DNA from: Nemertoderma westbladi
Taxonomy: Eukaryota > Animalia > Xenacoelomorpha
Direction of reading: 5' to 3'
Length of the DNA: 64,000 bases
Assembly (NCBI GenBank): GCA_032718475.1
Contig: JAUCBJ010004254.1
Location: 18,784 to 82,783 of the forward strand
A program made the translations under genes and the position numbers. Under the pieces are notes generated by a model. It had not been told where the DNA came from and did not search any database. It saw only the letters and a program-made list of their open reading frames with translations. Shown piece after piece: positions 11,432 through 24,497 of this stretch. Each line of letters opens with the position of its first letter. The stretch's first letter is position 1.

Positions 11432-14400
11432 TTACGTTGGGGAGTCCCTAGATGTTTGTTGGATTAGGGAGGTGGTCGTGGGAAGAGTATCTTGCCTTCC
11501 ATAGTTTCCGGACAGTTCTCGGTCTCGTTCCAGTAAACATAAACGACCAACTGGGCGATTGAGCTGCTGTGTCTCGAAGACAATTCCAGGTTTCCTCTTC
11601 GTCCTGGAATAGTGACGATAGAAACATCGCTTCAGATACACGACGGCCTTACAAAGCCGATTCCAGGATCTATAGTGGTCCATCGCTCCCGGCAGGAGAG
11701 GTGAGAGTCCCTGCGAGACGTCTGGTGTTCCAGATCTCCAGTCTCTCTCTCTGATCTCCACAACAGATCGGTTCGCGGTGGGGGAGTTTAGATCCACAGC
11801 GTCGTCCCTGGCAATGTGTAGTACAGACAGATCTATCATGGGTTTAAATAACCTTGATTTACTCGTCCGGGTTTTAGGTTTGACTTTCTCCGCTCCCTTG
11901 GCTTGTCTAATCTCAGCCGTGGTAAGATGGGGAGGCCATTCATCTCCTTTACTTAGGAAGTCGGGTCCACCTAACCAGTCTGGAGTATCTGTCAGTTCTT
12001 GAGGAGTTGCTCCTCTGGAAGCGATGTCGGCTAGATTAATCGTCTCGGGGCAATGTCTCCATTGATCTACATTGGAGTTAATATCGTCATTATCTGAGAA
12101 GCGCTTCATGCGCATTTTGGCCGATGAGTATTTGCACTCCAGGGTAATCTGTGTTGAATCTAGGTATATTAAGCTGCTGGGTGGAATCGTCCTCATCCCA
12201 GTTATAAGGTTCTACTTGGCTGGTAGCGAAGTTCTTTATCGCCACCATTTTTACTGACCTTATACTGTGTTCTCCTAGTTCATCCTGGGGGGTGGACAAC
12301 GCACCTACATAATAATCTGCTATTACTGTAGATTTCCAAACCCGCATAATTCCTGACATGTTTAACTTAGTTCGGAACTTGGGTTGTCCAGCAAAGATGT
12401 CTTCGGCTAGTTCTTTGTCGATGAATGTTCCTGTGCTACCGGAGTCAAGGAGGGCGTTCACTATATAACTCCTTTTAGGTCCGTGGACCCTTAACTGCAC
12501 TACGGGAAATTCTCGGATTCCTACATTGGAAGTTGGTGCTTTCCAAGATGGTTGTCGGTCAGAAGTAGTTAGGGGAAGCTCGCTGTCGGTGTCCTTTTCA
12601 TACGTAAGTGCTCGATACACTGCGGTATTTATCAGGTAACAGGATTCGTTTTCGTCGGAGAATTCGTCCGTATAGAATCCTTCCATCTCAGAACTTTGGT
12701 CAGTGTCGTTCACATCACTGAATTGGACATGTAGTTCGGACTCACTTACCTGACTCGGGCTGTTTCGTTCGAATTCAGTGTGCAACAAGATATGATGTTT
12801 TGCGCCGCACTTTGCACACCTTACGTCGGAGTAATAGGTTTGCCGTTGGTGTCCTCGTCTGAGGCAATTATAACACAACCGCTTATCCCACATGACTTCC
12901 CGTCTATCCTTTAATGATTTCTTTAGGAATTCATCACACACATTCAAACGGTGGGTCCCGTCGCACAGCACACATTTTGGTTTGATGTTACTTACCTTAC
13001 TCTGGGTAACGTTGTGCACACTCATTCTTTCCTCGGGCTTTCTTACATGAATTCTCTTAGGAGACGTAGGAGGAGTTTTTCTTACCTGTTCTCTCCTGTC
13101 ATGGGTTCGAGACCTAAATTTACTTACGTCCTTAGGCGCTTTGTTGTCATAGTAAGATCTTTCAGTGTCTTTCCCGCTGTCTTCCTCTTGAGAAGCCTGG
13201 CTTTCGCCGTCGTCTGTATAACACACTGGTATTACCTTTCTCCTAGAAACGGGTTTCTCACTTACCTTATTTTCCGGTGTCTTCTCCCTGGACTGCTTTA
13301 GGAGCTGTAATTTTCCCTCTCCATCTAAGAATGACATGAGATCAGCCATGGTTGGATCTCTTCGTTGTTGTTCCATCATATATAACACTTTCTTGTCCCA
13401 GCGTGTACCTACTCCACCCTTTGGTAAAGTAGAGGCCACGGCTCCAATAACCATAGAACTCTGATATTCATGAGACTTACCTAGCCAATCTAATTGTCTA
13501 CAGATTTCCTGAATCTCATCGGAAAACTCTATAATCCCGCTGCTAATGAATTTTCGGGGCGCTACCAATTTTGCATACAAATACCTAGCTATGTTATTCC
13601 TATTACCATACCTGATGTTTAGGGTATCCAAACTTGTCTTAATTCTTCTGGATGTCCAATAAATTTTAACGCCATTAACTTGGGAGATCCTTCCAAGCAC
13701 TCGATGAGGAATCTAAGTTTCTCTCCGTTAGATAGCACAGAGTTCTGTATGTTATCTTTGTAATATTCATTAAAAGGTAACCATTTCATCTCATCTCCGT
13801 TGAACTTGACGATCTCTCCCACCTTTACCGCTTGACGGGCTTCGGTTCTAGCCATTTGACGCGTAAAACTTTCTTGGGCCATCGTGTTATTTAATATCGA
13901 GTTATCAGTATATAAATTTCTCGGATTATTATCAAGTCTATATGGAATATCATTGTCAACAGGTTTATAATTACCCTTAATAGGATTTACTATAGGAGTT
14001 TCCACTTCACTAGCAGTATAGATGCGTGTAGGCTCCACACCTGGCGCATGAGATACTTCAGACCTAACAGGTTGACACACTGTTACCGGGGGTGGTGGTA
14101 TACCTCTTTGGGTATTTACTAATTTATCGCGTTCTAACGCGATACTTTGCTGCACTTCTTGTAACTCTAACCTACTTTCCCTTACTGTGCCCTTGAACTG
14201 CTGAACAGTCTCCTGCATCTGCCCGAGCAGGAGATCCATCCCCCGCCGTCTCTCATCCACCCACTCGACCGCCGAAGCGGGAGCCGCCAACGTAGTAGCG
14301 GGTGGACGGGGGACAACGGGCGACAAATCATTGATATTTCGCTCGGAGTCCAGAACAGGAACTGTCTCATGGGCTGTTCTGCTGGGCACAGGTAGCTTGG

Positions 14401-16227
14401 TGCTGTGCAAAGAGAATTTAGAGGTAGGTTCTGGGAGAACAGGTGTCTCTATCACCGAAGGGGTGGCTTCGAGAACAGGCCTAATTATTTCAGGCTCATC
14501 TACTATAGTAGGGAGTCTTTCTATTTTAATTATTTGGTCTGTGGGTTCTGTACTACCTAAGTCCGTGCTAGCTAGTTGCCTTCTAACAGCTGGGGGCAAA
14601 TCAGGCAATTTCTGATGGTGGGACATTCTTCTACTTAGAACTTCGCCTACTTCGCCTACTTAGACAAGATCTATCTCCTCCGCCTTCAGGATCGGTGGTA
14701 TCGCCTTCATCAGAGGATGTAAATCCCTGTCGTTTGGGAGTAGATCGACTCATCATCTGCATTTGACTAGCTGTTAACTGTTTGTTTATGCAGTCTTGAT
14801 TCTCTTGAATATTTTCCAACTCTAGTTGGGCGATCTCTTCAGACGCTCTCCGTTCTGCTTCTGCCGCTGCCACTGTCGCTTTTCTTTCCACTTCGGCTGC
14901 TTTTCTTTCCGCTTCTACCTCTGCCGCTGCCGCTGCCGCTGCCGCTTTTCTTTCCGCTTCTGCCTCTGCCGCTGCCGCTGCTGCATTTCTTTCCACTTCT
15001 ACCGCCTTTCTTTCCGCTTCTGCCGCTGCCACTGCTGCTGCCACTGCCGCTGTCTTTCTGTCTTCTATACATTTTTTCTAGACTTGTTCTTCTTGGACCC
15101 TAGCGATGCGGAGCCTTTCATCAAATTTAGCTTGGTTTGCAGCTATCATATCCGCATCGATTGCGTCCAACACAAGCTTGGCTCCTTCACTATTAGGGCT
15201 AAGTCCATCCAGCCTTCTCCTCAACTCTTCATCACCTACAAAGCGTTGATAGTCTGACAGATAGATGTCAATAGCATCCCTCTTATGCGGTTTCTCTGCT
15301 GTCGCTTCGCTTTCCACTTGGGTAAAGGTAGCGTCTGTTGATTCTCCATGGATTGAGTGCTCAGCCAGCTGAGATTTCCACTGGGCAGTTCCTTGAACTT
15401 GGAGACTCACTCGCTGAAACCAAGTCTTTACGGCAACTTGCAACGACGTGTCTTGTCTTCTTTTAGAAGCCTCCTCAAAGGCCGATAAGATTAGTCTGAT
15501 TCGTAGAATTCTTTCTCTAACTTGATAAAGCAGCTCCCTGCTCTTGAGGTCCTTGGGGTTGTCGAAATAGTTGTTCCTTTAATCGCTCCATAGAGCTGAA
15601 GAATCCCTGTACGTATCCTGCTGCTGACCTCTTCCACACAGCTGGATCGCTGGTTTCTTTTGTCACTCCCATCCTGTGTATGTCTTCCCAGGCAGCTTCC
15701 GATAAATCAAACGGGAGTCCGGGTCCGGGGAAGTTCCATTGCGACTCGACAATAGACTTCAGTTCTTCCCTCATGTATCCCGCATAACTATCCTTAGTCG
15801 ATCGCTTACTTCTCGCCCAATCAATCTGGTGTTCCTCCACCGCAATCAATACCCTAGTGAGTACGGCTGCAGGAAGGATGAGAAGGGGATCCGAATAAAC
15901 CGCATCTGCCATCTTTGCTCCGCGCTCGGGTGTCAGCTCTACAGTATCCGCACTACTGGAGCTGTCGGGTTGCTGAGAAATAAGTTCTCGGCTCGAGTGT
16001 TGCTGCTGTTCCGCTGCTTCTTGGTCCCGCTTGACCTGAGCTCGAGTGCCTATGATAGACCTACTGTGTTGGACTAGCCTAGGGTCTGATACTACTACTG
16101 GAGGGATGATCTTTCTTACAGTAGGAGGTGAGTTGAACTTTGGTCTCACACGTTCCACACTCCTGTCTGGGTCACAGATGGTTGTATCTAGGAGACTGTC
16201 TGACAGGTTTTGCTTTGTGTCAGACAT
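11432..16227 (-). pseudogene. Disrupted Bel/Pao gag-protease-(RNase H end) polyprotein
   Basis: FNGDEMKWLPF...KLRFLIECLEG gag core; triple Cys/His knuckles CVLCDGTH, CYNCLRRGH, CAKCGAKHHILLH; protease LLDSGS; QWRHCPETINLADIASRG RNase H end; no RT motif; several stops and frameshifts. Confidence 0.9.
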
Positions 16228-16384
16228 GTTTGTTTGTACAGTTGAATGCCTACTGCTATATTACAGTTAAAGCAAGTCTAGTAATTCAGTATCAACTGTT
16301 AGCCTAGTAATTAATTACCGATACTGCTACTCAGTGTAGCGTGATATATATATATATAATATATTAGAATACCAGTATGCTTAT

Positions 16385-16740
16385 AGTATATATATAAGTA
16401 TTATTACAGACTAGATTTGTCACAGAATACCGGTATGTAATTTCAGCGCAAATATATATAAATATATAATAGGCCTATCGTGAATACCGGTATACAGCTT
16501 ACACTTATAGTATATATAAGTATAATTATTACAAACTAGATTTGTCACAGAATACCGGTATATAATTTCAGCACAAATATATATAAATATATAACAGGCC
16601 TATCGTGAATACCGGTATACAGCTTACACCTAATATATATAAGTATAATTATGGACTAGAATTAATTACAGAATACCAGTATAATTTCAGCCTAAATTTA
16701 TTGAAATAAATATAATAAGCCTATTGTAAATACCGGTATG
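16385..16740. repeat. ~120-bp tandem triplication in the Bel/Pao 5' leader
   Basis: Repeated TATATATAAGTAT...CAGAATACCGGTA...AGGCCTATCGTGAATACCGGTAT units. Confidence 0.8.
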
Positions 16741-17695
16741 TCAATTATTTTAAAATAATTGAATTTCTGAATTTTAGGGGTTACTTGGTTACTTTACCTT
16801 ACCTTATTACCGTTATTTAAGCAGTAGTCCAACTGATATTAAGACCTAATTGATGTATGACAGGCCTACTATTTTATAAATCGGTTTGAGTTGATTTATA
16901 ATATATATACCCCTATAATGGGTTTTGTCAATATTTGAAATAAATGTTATTATTTCTGGGAAGGAGTCACTACACAGAAGCTGTGCGCTCTCAGTGAAGT
17001 GCTACTTGTTGGACACTAAAACAAATAATTCTAATTTACCTAACTTACTTAATACTACAAATTACGTACAATTCAGGGTGAGATTACAATCTCTAAATAA
17101 ACACAAAAATTACACGTACGAATTTTTAGGGTAATTTAACAAGAAGTCTACAAACCAGCCTAACAAAGGGTTAGAAAATCTGGTTATTACAACGGACAGG
17201 GTACTACGGTATTTGAAAATAATAAAGCAGTAGTAAATATACTGCGTTGTCCAGATAGGAAAAATACCACCGTCTGATGACTTATAGCCGTATCGCTATA
17301 AGTACTACGTTATGTATCACGGAGTGTTCCTACCTAGAAGTTAATTACCGCGGTCTACCAGAACCAACGTGCCTATTAACCACTTTACAACACAGATATA
17401 CTGCCTACACACTAATTACCTTCGGAAAGTATTGTACACTAAACCCTAAATTAGGTACAAGTACTTATATAACAAATAACTAGCAGTTAGAAATACTTGT
17501 ACAGCTAAAAGAACTACGGTATCTGCTGGAGTGACCGGGGCACAAAAATCACCAGTCTTTACCTACGCCACGCAGCCCTGATGTAGTACCAGGGTTAATT
17601 TAACTATAACGGTATGTACAACAACCACAATTACTGTAGGAATTAACTTGGGGATTTGAATGTTGCGGATAATCGCATAAGCTCTGAATAATAAA

Positions 17696-18255
17696 TATTA
17701 CGCTACGCATACAGACTACTCAAATAAAATACAGACCAAACGCTGGCAGACTACTATCAAGCCTAAACAAACTACAGTATATGCAGACTCCGAAATGGTT
17801 AGTTAGTATGCGTTCTAACCGAGTAGTACGACTTATTCTTTCAAGGGGATTTACCTCACAGCACTGGAAGCCCCTACGTTCCTAACTAGTACTTTATCGG
17901 ACATACACTCTACACACACCGCAATCTCTTCAGCAGCCAGACAACAATCCAGCCTACAAATTATCTAAATAAGAAATATTACGCTACCCGTACGGACTAC
18001 ACATACAAAATACAGACCAAACGCTGGCAGACTACTATCAAGCCTAAACAAACTACAGTATATGCAGACTCCGAAATGGTTAGTTAGTATGCGTTCTAAC
18101 CGAGTAGTACGACTTATACTTTCGAGGGGATTTACCTCACAGCACTGGAAGCCCCTACGTTCCTAACTGGTACTTTATCGGACATACACTCTACACACAC
18201 TGCAATCTCTTCAGACTTAACAACAGTCAGACAACAGTCCAGCCTACAAATTATC
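17696..18255. repeat. ~280-bp tandem duplication in the Bel/Pao 5' leader
   Basis: ATATTACGCTAC...CCAGCCTACAAATTATCT occurs twice (from ~17696 and ~17976). Confidence 0.88.
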
Positions 18256-18598
18256 TGTACAATCTGAGCAGGCTTACACGCCTTCTGCTCAATATTGGCC
18301 TACAAATAAATAAAACTGACAGAAATAAGTAAAATCCCAATAAAAACCAGGCGTCCCTGATTACTTATTAAGACCTACCGGTATATAATTATCAAAATCG
18401 AATAATACTGCTGTACCTGTACTGCTGTAAGTACCGGTCCGGGTGGTTAGGTAGTTAGGCCTACTGGGTACCGGTTGACCGGTACTTCAGCTTTATTGCC
18501 TACTGCAATACAGAAGCAATAACTGTTACTGTTCTTACCAGAACAATATTAAACTGTATTTATTGCCTACACTGCAATCAGAAGTTCATATCTGTTAT

Positions 18599-19756
18599 TG
18601 TTCGCGCTTTCAGACCTTTAGCAGTTTAACCTGCCAAATTTAGATGTCTTCTAGATTATAAATCGACTTTAGCCTATGACGAGTATTTGATACACTACAT
18701 TAGCCGAAGCCAGTCTATGCGCGACCATTCACCCGCTGGATATACCCGGGAGACTGGATTTGGAAGCTTTGACCTTATTGCGGTGTAGGCCTACTGTATT
18801 ATTCGACTGATCGTTAATATATAATTTCTGACAAATATTATTCACTTTCGGGAAATATTAACAGTTCCTTTAGGACGTGGCGCTCTAAATATGTAAACAG
18901 AGTTATGTCTTACACTAGACACAACGGGATGGCTATGGATTCACGTATAAAGCGCATTCTTTAGGAGATGCTTTGTTATCAGTCACAATCATGCACACTA
19001 CCGCACAATGCTGCACACCGATTTGCCGACCTTCACTAATTTTAGTCACATATAAAGAGAACAACAACCGACTCATGTAGTGCCTATGAAATAGCATTAG
19101 ATTCACTCCAAACCACTTTAATGTAAGTCGCAATTGTTATATGTAACCGGTCTCTCTAACCTTCAGTATATCAAGAAGATTGGGGTTTCTGATTATTGAT
19201 CGATATTATCCAAATATAACAATATTCCATCAACTGATATAATTAATAACCGACAGTAAATAGCAGTAAAAATGCGGTGTTTGTAGTTGACAATATGATT
19301 AGGTGAGATAACAGATATACGTTTCTATGACCAAAGCCTACTAATGTTTGGCTAAAGCCTGAAAACACAGAGGTTCCAAAGCCGGTCTTCTGGCTGTGGA
19401 CAAAATACACATACTGACTCAATTCATGAGTTTCTGTATACAACCTCCAACACAGAGTTAAAAAACGCTCTGATTGGTCGACCGAACAAAGAGAGAACAA
19501 AGAACAAAGAAATGTTACACGTGGACATATCAGCTGTTAGATGTCGTCATGGTAACTACACTGTGTCAAGAGGATTTTAGCGTATTGCGACATAAAATTG
19601 CTAGTTATGTCCGCTAAAGTACACATACAGAAGAAATGGCTTTTTATGTCCACTAAAACACCGGTACAGTAAGGAAACGGCTTTTTATGTCCGTTAAACC
19701 AACTACAGAGTACTTTGCGGGGAAAATAACCAGCTAATTCCGCAAAAGCTTTTACA
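18599..19756 (-). repeat. 5' LTR of the Bel/Pao element (1158 bp)
   Basis: Direct repeat of 7219-8377; followed by TSD AAATT. Confidence 0.95.
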
Positions 19757-20642
19757 AAATTGGTGCTACAAAAAAAATGTAAAACATAAAACATGTAAAT
19801 TGGTGCTAAATAATTTTTGTTAGGTGTGAAATCATCTAATTTGTGGTGGTATTCAATTAGTGGCGGTTTATAAATATGGGTCTGTTACAACGTATTTTTG
19901 CTATTTTTTTCAGGGGAAACATGATTCCCACACAAATTGGCCTCGATTATTGATGTTAATTATCATATACTGTAAATATATTTATTTATTTAATACACCA
20001 CACTGTTGGCTTAATTACTCCGGAGATCCAAAAGGGACATTGTGATGTGAAATATTTATTAATCGCGCTAGATAATTATCTCTAGATAACAACTAGATAA
20101 CACTAATAAAATATATTTCACATTGTCCCTTTAGGAGCTCCGTAGATGGCACAATGAATAACTTATTAAAATATAAATAAATTTAAACCAATTCAGAGTG
20201 GGTGAGAAATTGAATAAAATATATCATAATCTGTTTAGGTAAGAACATTTGCCGACTGTTTGCTTAGTTGGATCGAAAACGTGGCGAACTTGATCGAACA
20301 GTGGACTAAACTGTACAGTCGAGTCGAGTGGATGGTAGAGCAGGAGACTAGCGCGAACGGGTCTTAAGCGTTAGAGCAAAGCAAACAGTTCCCGAAGCCG
20401 GAGGCAACCCGAAGGCTCCTCCATGAATAGCTGCTACCCTAAGTTACGGGTGGGCGGGCATAACTCCCATCCCTTGTTTTGTTCCATGCTGAATGAACCC
20501 TGCAGGACTAGAAACTACAGTCAATAAGATTGCAGACACACAGCGTTCAATCAACTGAATAGAGATGAGGAACAGCGATAACGTTTTTAATTTCATTATA
20601 TCAGTATATTATTATAATAAGTACAAACAGACAAATGTCAAA

Positions 20643-20683
20643 TGCAAACGTTTCGGAAGAAAACAACTACCATCTTCAGTGCA
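20643..20683 (-). ncRNA. Minimal type I hammerhead ribozyme motif (Penelope-like pseudo-LTR type)
   Basis: Minus strand UGCA-CUGAAGA-U-GGUAG(uuguuuu)CUUCC-GAAAC-GUU-UGCA: both catalytic boxes, stem I, stem II with one mismatch, palindromic ACGU helix III; AATAAA ~30 nt downstream. Confidence 0.7.
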
Positions 20684-23600
20684 ATCAATAAGTAGCCAAA
20701 AATAAAATATAACAGAAATTTGAAAAGACGGCCAAAATACAAAATATAATATACAGTAGTGCAGAAATAGGGCTTACCTAAGACGGGAGAGCAGTATAGT
20801 AATATAAAGTAAATACTTATCTGTCATTTGTACTGTAGGTTTATTAACTCTTGTGTATATTTGGTGTTATTATTGTAGTGGGGAAGCCCACATATTAGAG
20901 ATATGGTGTAAACAAATCGTATCAAATTGTGTATTTTTTTTGTATTTTTATGTATGAAAATTGTATATTTTTATTTATTTTGCGGCTTGCATGTCACATA
21001 AAGTTCCTCCAACCTTTAATAATACCGGTGACTATTTTTGAGAGGTGGTGTCATTCCCCGGGGTCGATTGCCAGGGTCATATCGGCGTCCATCTATGCGG
21101 AATCAGGATTGATGGCAATACAGACAGGGTTTGGAGTTTCTCTATAAAATAATGACAAGTAATGACAAATCTTAAGGGAATATATAACGCAATGGTTGCA
21201 TAAGCAGTTCCTTGAAATCGGGGTTGAGTGACAGAACAAGTGAATTTACGTCTTATGAGAGCTCAAACAACTAAAATGAACCAAAATCTCTCATAAAGTA
21301 ATGCTATTTAGTAACACTGTCTCAGAATGCATGAATTTTTGGACAGTTTGTTCATGAATAATGACATCTCTGTGTTGCACACAGTTCCCCAAACAAATCT
21401 GGAACCAACTAATCCAACAATGATAAACACAGTAAATTGCTCCTTGAATACTGAAGAAACATATCCTTTCTCGACCTCTACAGTAATAATAAATAACTAA
21501 CTTCATTCTTCACTTACTACCTTATTCTGCACGCATACCTTGGATCCAGTTACAGTAACAATCAGTACACACACAGCCCAATTCGATGTGCAGCGGATAA
21601 GTGCCTCTGTATTATATTTTCGTTTGTTAGATGGTAAGTAATAGGGCGGAGTGAAAAATCAAAATTTTGGAATATCTATGCTCCCTATTTACGGAAAGAC
21701 GCATTGGGCATAAAAACCTCAAAAACAAAAGACAAAAAACATTTTTTGAGTCACCCCTTCCTTGGCCTCACAGCATTTAATCTTCTAGAATTTTTCCAAA
21801 AATAACTAACTTAATAAAATTTTTTCATTTATCATTGATAAAGCCCATAATTTCTAAGTGAAAATTTTGCGCTGATTCCAAATATATTATTAAATAATTC
21901 GCAGTACATACCGAAAAAAAATTTAATACAGTTTCCTATTTATAAATATTCTATAATTTTCTCAGACATCACGAGTCTACAACGTAAAATTTTTTACTCA
22001 TCAAAAATCAAACCAAGCCATTCTTTTCTGATTTTCTGATTTGCCATTGTGATTCTAAATATTTACCTGATATTACTGTATGACATTAATCTCAATTACT
22101 GTGTGACATTAATCTCAATTTTTCTGCAAACATAGGTAGGAAGGCTGACAATGAACTACATCAAACTACAAAGTTGTTCTTCATTTCAAAAACTGCCATT
22201 CTTCAGTATTTTGGATCATACCATCCTTATTCCCTTCACCAATTACTCTATGGGAAATTTCGGAGACAATCTTCACTGTTCTTTCCAATGCTGCTATTTC
22301 GTACTTGCTATCCATTCATCTATACTTTCAGAACACAACATACCCTATATTGCAGTCTTGGTTAAAGAGGTTGTAATTCGCTTTGATTCGGTTTACTCCA
22401 ACCATTAGGTAGGTTTAATTCTTGGGCTTCTAAGTTGATTGTCGGCACTCTAAATGATCTTATTGAACCCTTTGAAGTTGAGGGATAGAGCTCGATACTT
22501 TAATACTCTATGAAGAGCTAGTTTTCGAATTTTTATATCAGTGTCATGCATCGTAGCTAATAGACATTCTCCTCATGTCCATAGAATGCGTTACGTTGTA
22601 CTACCTTGGTCGTAATATCCCTTAACCCTATTAGTATCGGGCTATAAAATGCTGTACAAATACCGGGGGGGGGGGGGGGGTCATATTGACCCCTCCCTCT
22701 AAAATCTACAAATATTAACGAAAACGTCTGATTTTTTGTTTGTACGTAGGTATCACTAGTCGGGATCCGACCGAAAAAAAAAAATTTCGAAAAAATGTAC
22801 TGGGGTGGTAATATTGCAGCACCAAAATTACAAGTAGTGCACAATTTTCACAAAATTTAAAAGTTACATTTTTCGGCTAATTGTTTTTCAATACAGGTTT
22901 TCTGGGGCTCAAAATACATTGGAAAATATTTAAAAATGATATGATTACCATAAATGGCTGTTTAGTCCTCTATGCGTAAGAAAAAAATGAAAAAAAACAA
23001 GTAACCAGCACTTTTCAGTTAGAACACAAATTTTTTAATTCACTAATACGATGCTATAAATTCACATTTTCAGGTTTTCTAGGGCGCTGATTCTAATGGA
23101 ATACATTTCAAATATGCCAGATCATTGCTACTTGTATTTTTCGGCGTAATTTGGTAAATTTTGGTGCTAGCACCAAATTTCGTATCCATCACCAAAAAGT
23201 ACAAGTTTGCGATGTCCATTGCTGTTTTTATTGATTCCATCGGATTCAGGACCCTCATAAACCCGTATAACGCAAGAAACAAGATTATACCATCTACTGA
23301 TCAATTTACTCATTTTCAAAAATTTGGTGCTGGCGCAACAATTTTCACCCACCGGTGAAAAATACAAGTTTGAAAACTCTTATGAAATTTTTACTGATTC
23401 CATTGAATTCAGAACCATAACAACCCGTATAACGCAAGAAACAAGATGACACAATCAATTGATATATTTGATGGTTTTCAAAATTTGGTGCTAGCACTGT
23501 AGTGGCCATATATATATTAGGGGTCATCGAACCTGAATTGAACTAATACTGTTGTACCTTACTGCAGTATGCACCCATGACTGTGCACTGTATCAACTTT

Positions 23601-23730
23601 CAGTTTCATGAAAACTATTGTTACAGTCAGACAGCAGTACCTAGTCATTACTAATACTGGTTTTACTTACTGCTGTACTGACTCATGTAGGGCCTAAATA
23701 TTAAACGTTGAGAGACTACGCTCTCCACAT

Positions 23731-23746
23731 TGGTGACCCAGACTTG
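23731..23746 (+). other. Primer-binding site, tRNA-Trp-like
   Basis: TGGTGACCCAGACTTG 1 nt after the 5' LTR; 14/16 match to the usual tRNA-Trp PBS TGGTGACCCCGACGTG. Confidence 0.8.
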
Positions 23747-23788
23747 CGCGAACGGATTTCGCGTACAGGCGTAGCTCTGTAGCTACCG

Positions 23789-24478
23789 ATGGCTAACGAC
23801 CTCAACGCGGTCGCCATCAAACTGCCCCCGTTCTGGACGGAAAACCCATCCGTCTGGTTCGCGCAGGTGGAGGCCCAGTTCCAACTCCGGAGGATTGTCG
23901 ACGACTCGACAAAGTACTATCACGTCGTCGCCTCTCTCGACCAGCCGACCGCCGCTCGCCTCCTCGACACACTCACCGCTCCGCCTACAGATGGGAAGTA
24001 CGAGGGACTGAAGGCGAGGCTCCTCGGGACTTTCGCCCTGAGTCGACGGGAGCGCGCTGCGAGACTCCTCCATATGCGTGGGCTGGGCGACCGCAAGCCG
24101 TCCGAACTCATGGACGAGATGCTGGGGCTCCTCACCGGGCACACGCCGTGTTTGCTGTTCGAGCAACTCTTCCTCGAACAGCTCCCCGAGGACATTCGGC
24201 TACAAATCTCCAACGACTCTTTCGAGGACCCCCGCGCCCTGGCTGCGACCGCCGACGTTCTTTGGTTGGCCAAACGCCAGGGACAATCCCAACTGGCCGG
24301 CGTGAACAGGGGGATGACAAACTCGCGTCGCCCCAGGGACTCCTCCACAAACTCCTCCGGCACTGCTCAGCCTGACACCAAAAGCGTGTGTTACTACCAC
24401 GCTCGGTTCGGTAGCGCTGCCAAGCAGTGCAAGGCGCCGTGTTCCTTCCCGGGAAACGCCCCGACCAGCCGACGGTAG
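23789..24478 (+). CDS. gag: Gypsy Gag (229 aa)
   Basis: KLPPFW...[10 protein letters not shown]-terminus; C-terminal [22 protein letters not shown] motif. Confidence 0.93.
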   Translation: MANDLNAVAIKLPPFWTENPSVWFAQVEAQFQLRRIVDDSTKYYHVVASLDQPTAARLLDTLTAPPTDGKYEGLKARLLGTFALSRRERAARLLHMRGLGDRKPSELMDEMLGLLTGHTPCLLFEQLFLEQLPEDIRLQISNDSFEDPRALAATADVLWLAKRQGQSQLAGVNRGMTNSRRPRDSSTNSSGTAQPDTKSVCYYHARFGSAAKQCKAPCSFPGNAPTSRR

Positions 24479-24497
24479 CCGCGGCGTCGACTGGTCG
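24451..24497 (+). promoter_or_regulatory. Programmed -1 ribosomal frameshift signal (G GGA AAC plus downstream stem-loop)
   Basis: Slippery heptamer 24451-24457 in the correct gag phase; 13-bp stem CGACCAGCCGACG / CGTCGACTGGTCG with one mismatch; pol is in the -1 frame. Confidence 0.85.

Larger units (their letters stand above)
7219..19756 (-). mobile_element. Bel/Pao LTR retrotransposon, 12.5 kb, non-autonomous (RT and most of integrase deleted)
   Basis: TG...CA LTRs at 7219-8377 and 18599-19756; 5-bp TSD AAATT (7214-7218, 19757-19761); Pao-type gag and protease; purine-rich GGGAGCGG before the 3' LTR on the minus strand. Confidence 0.93.

Noticed and set aside
17274-17305. CTGATGA followed by a hairpin, hammerhead-like
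   Set aside because: No GAAA box after the stem and no helix I/III.
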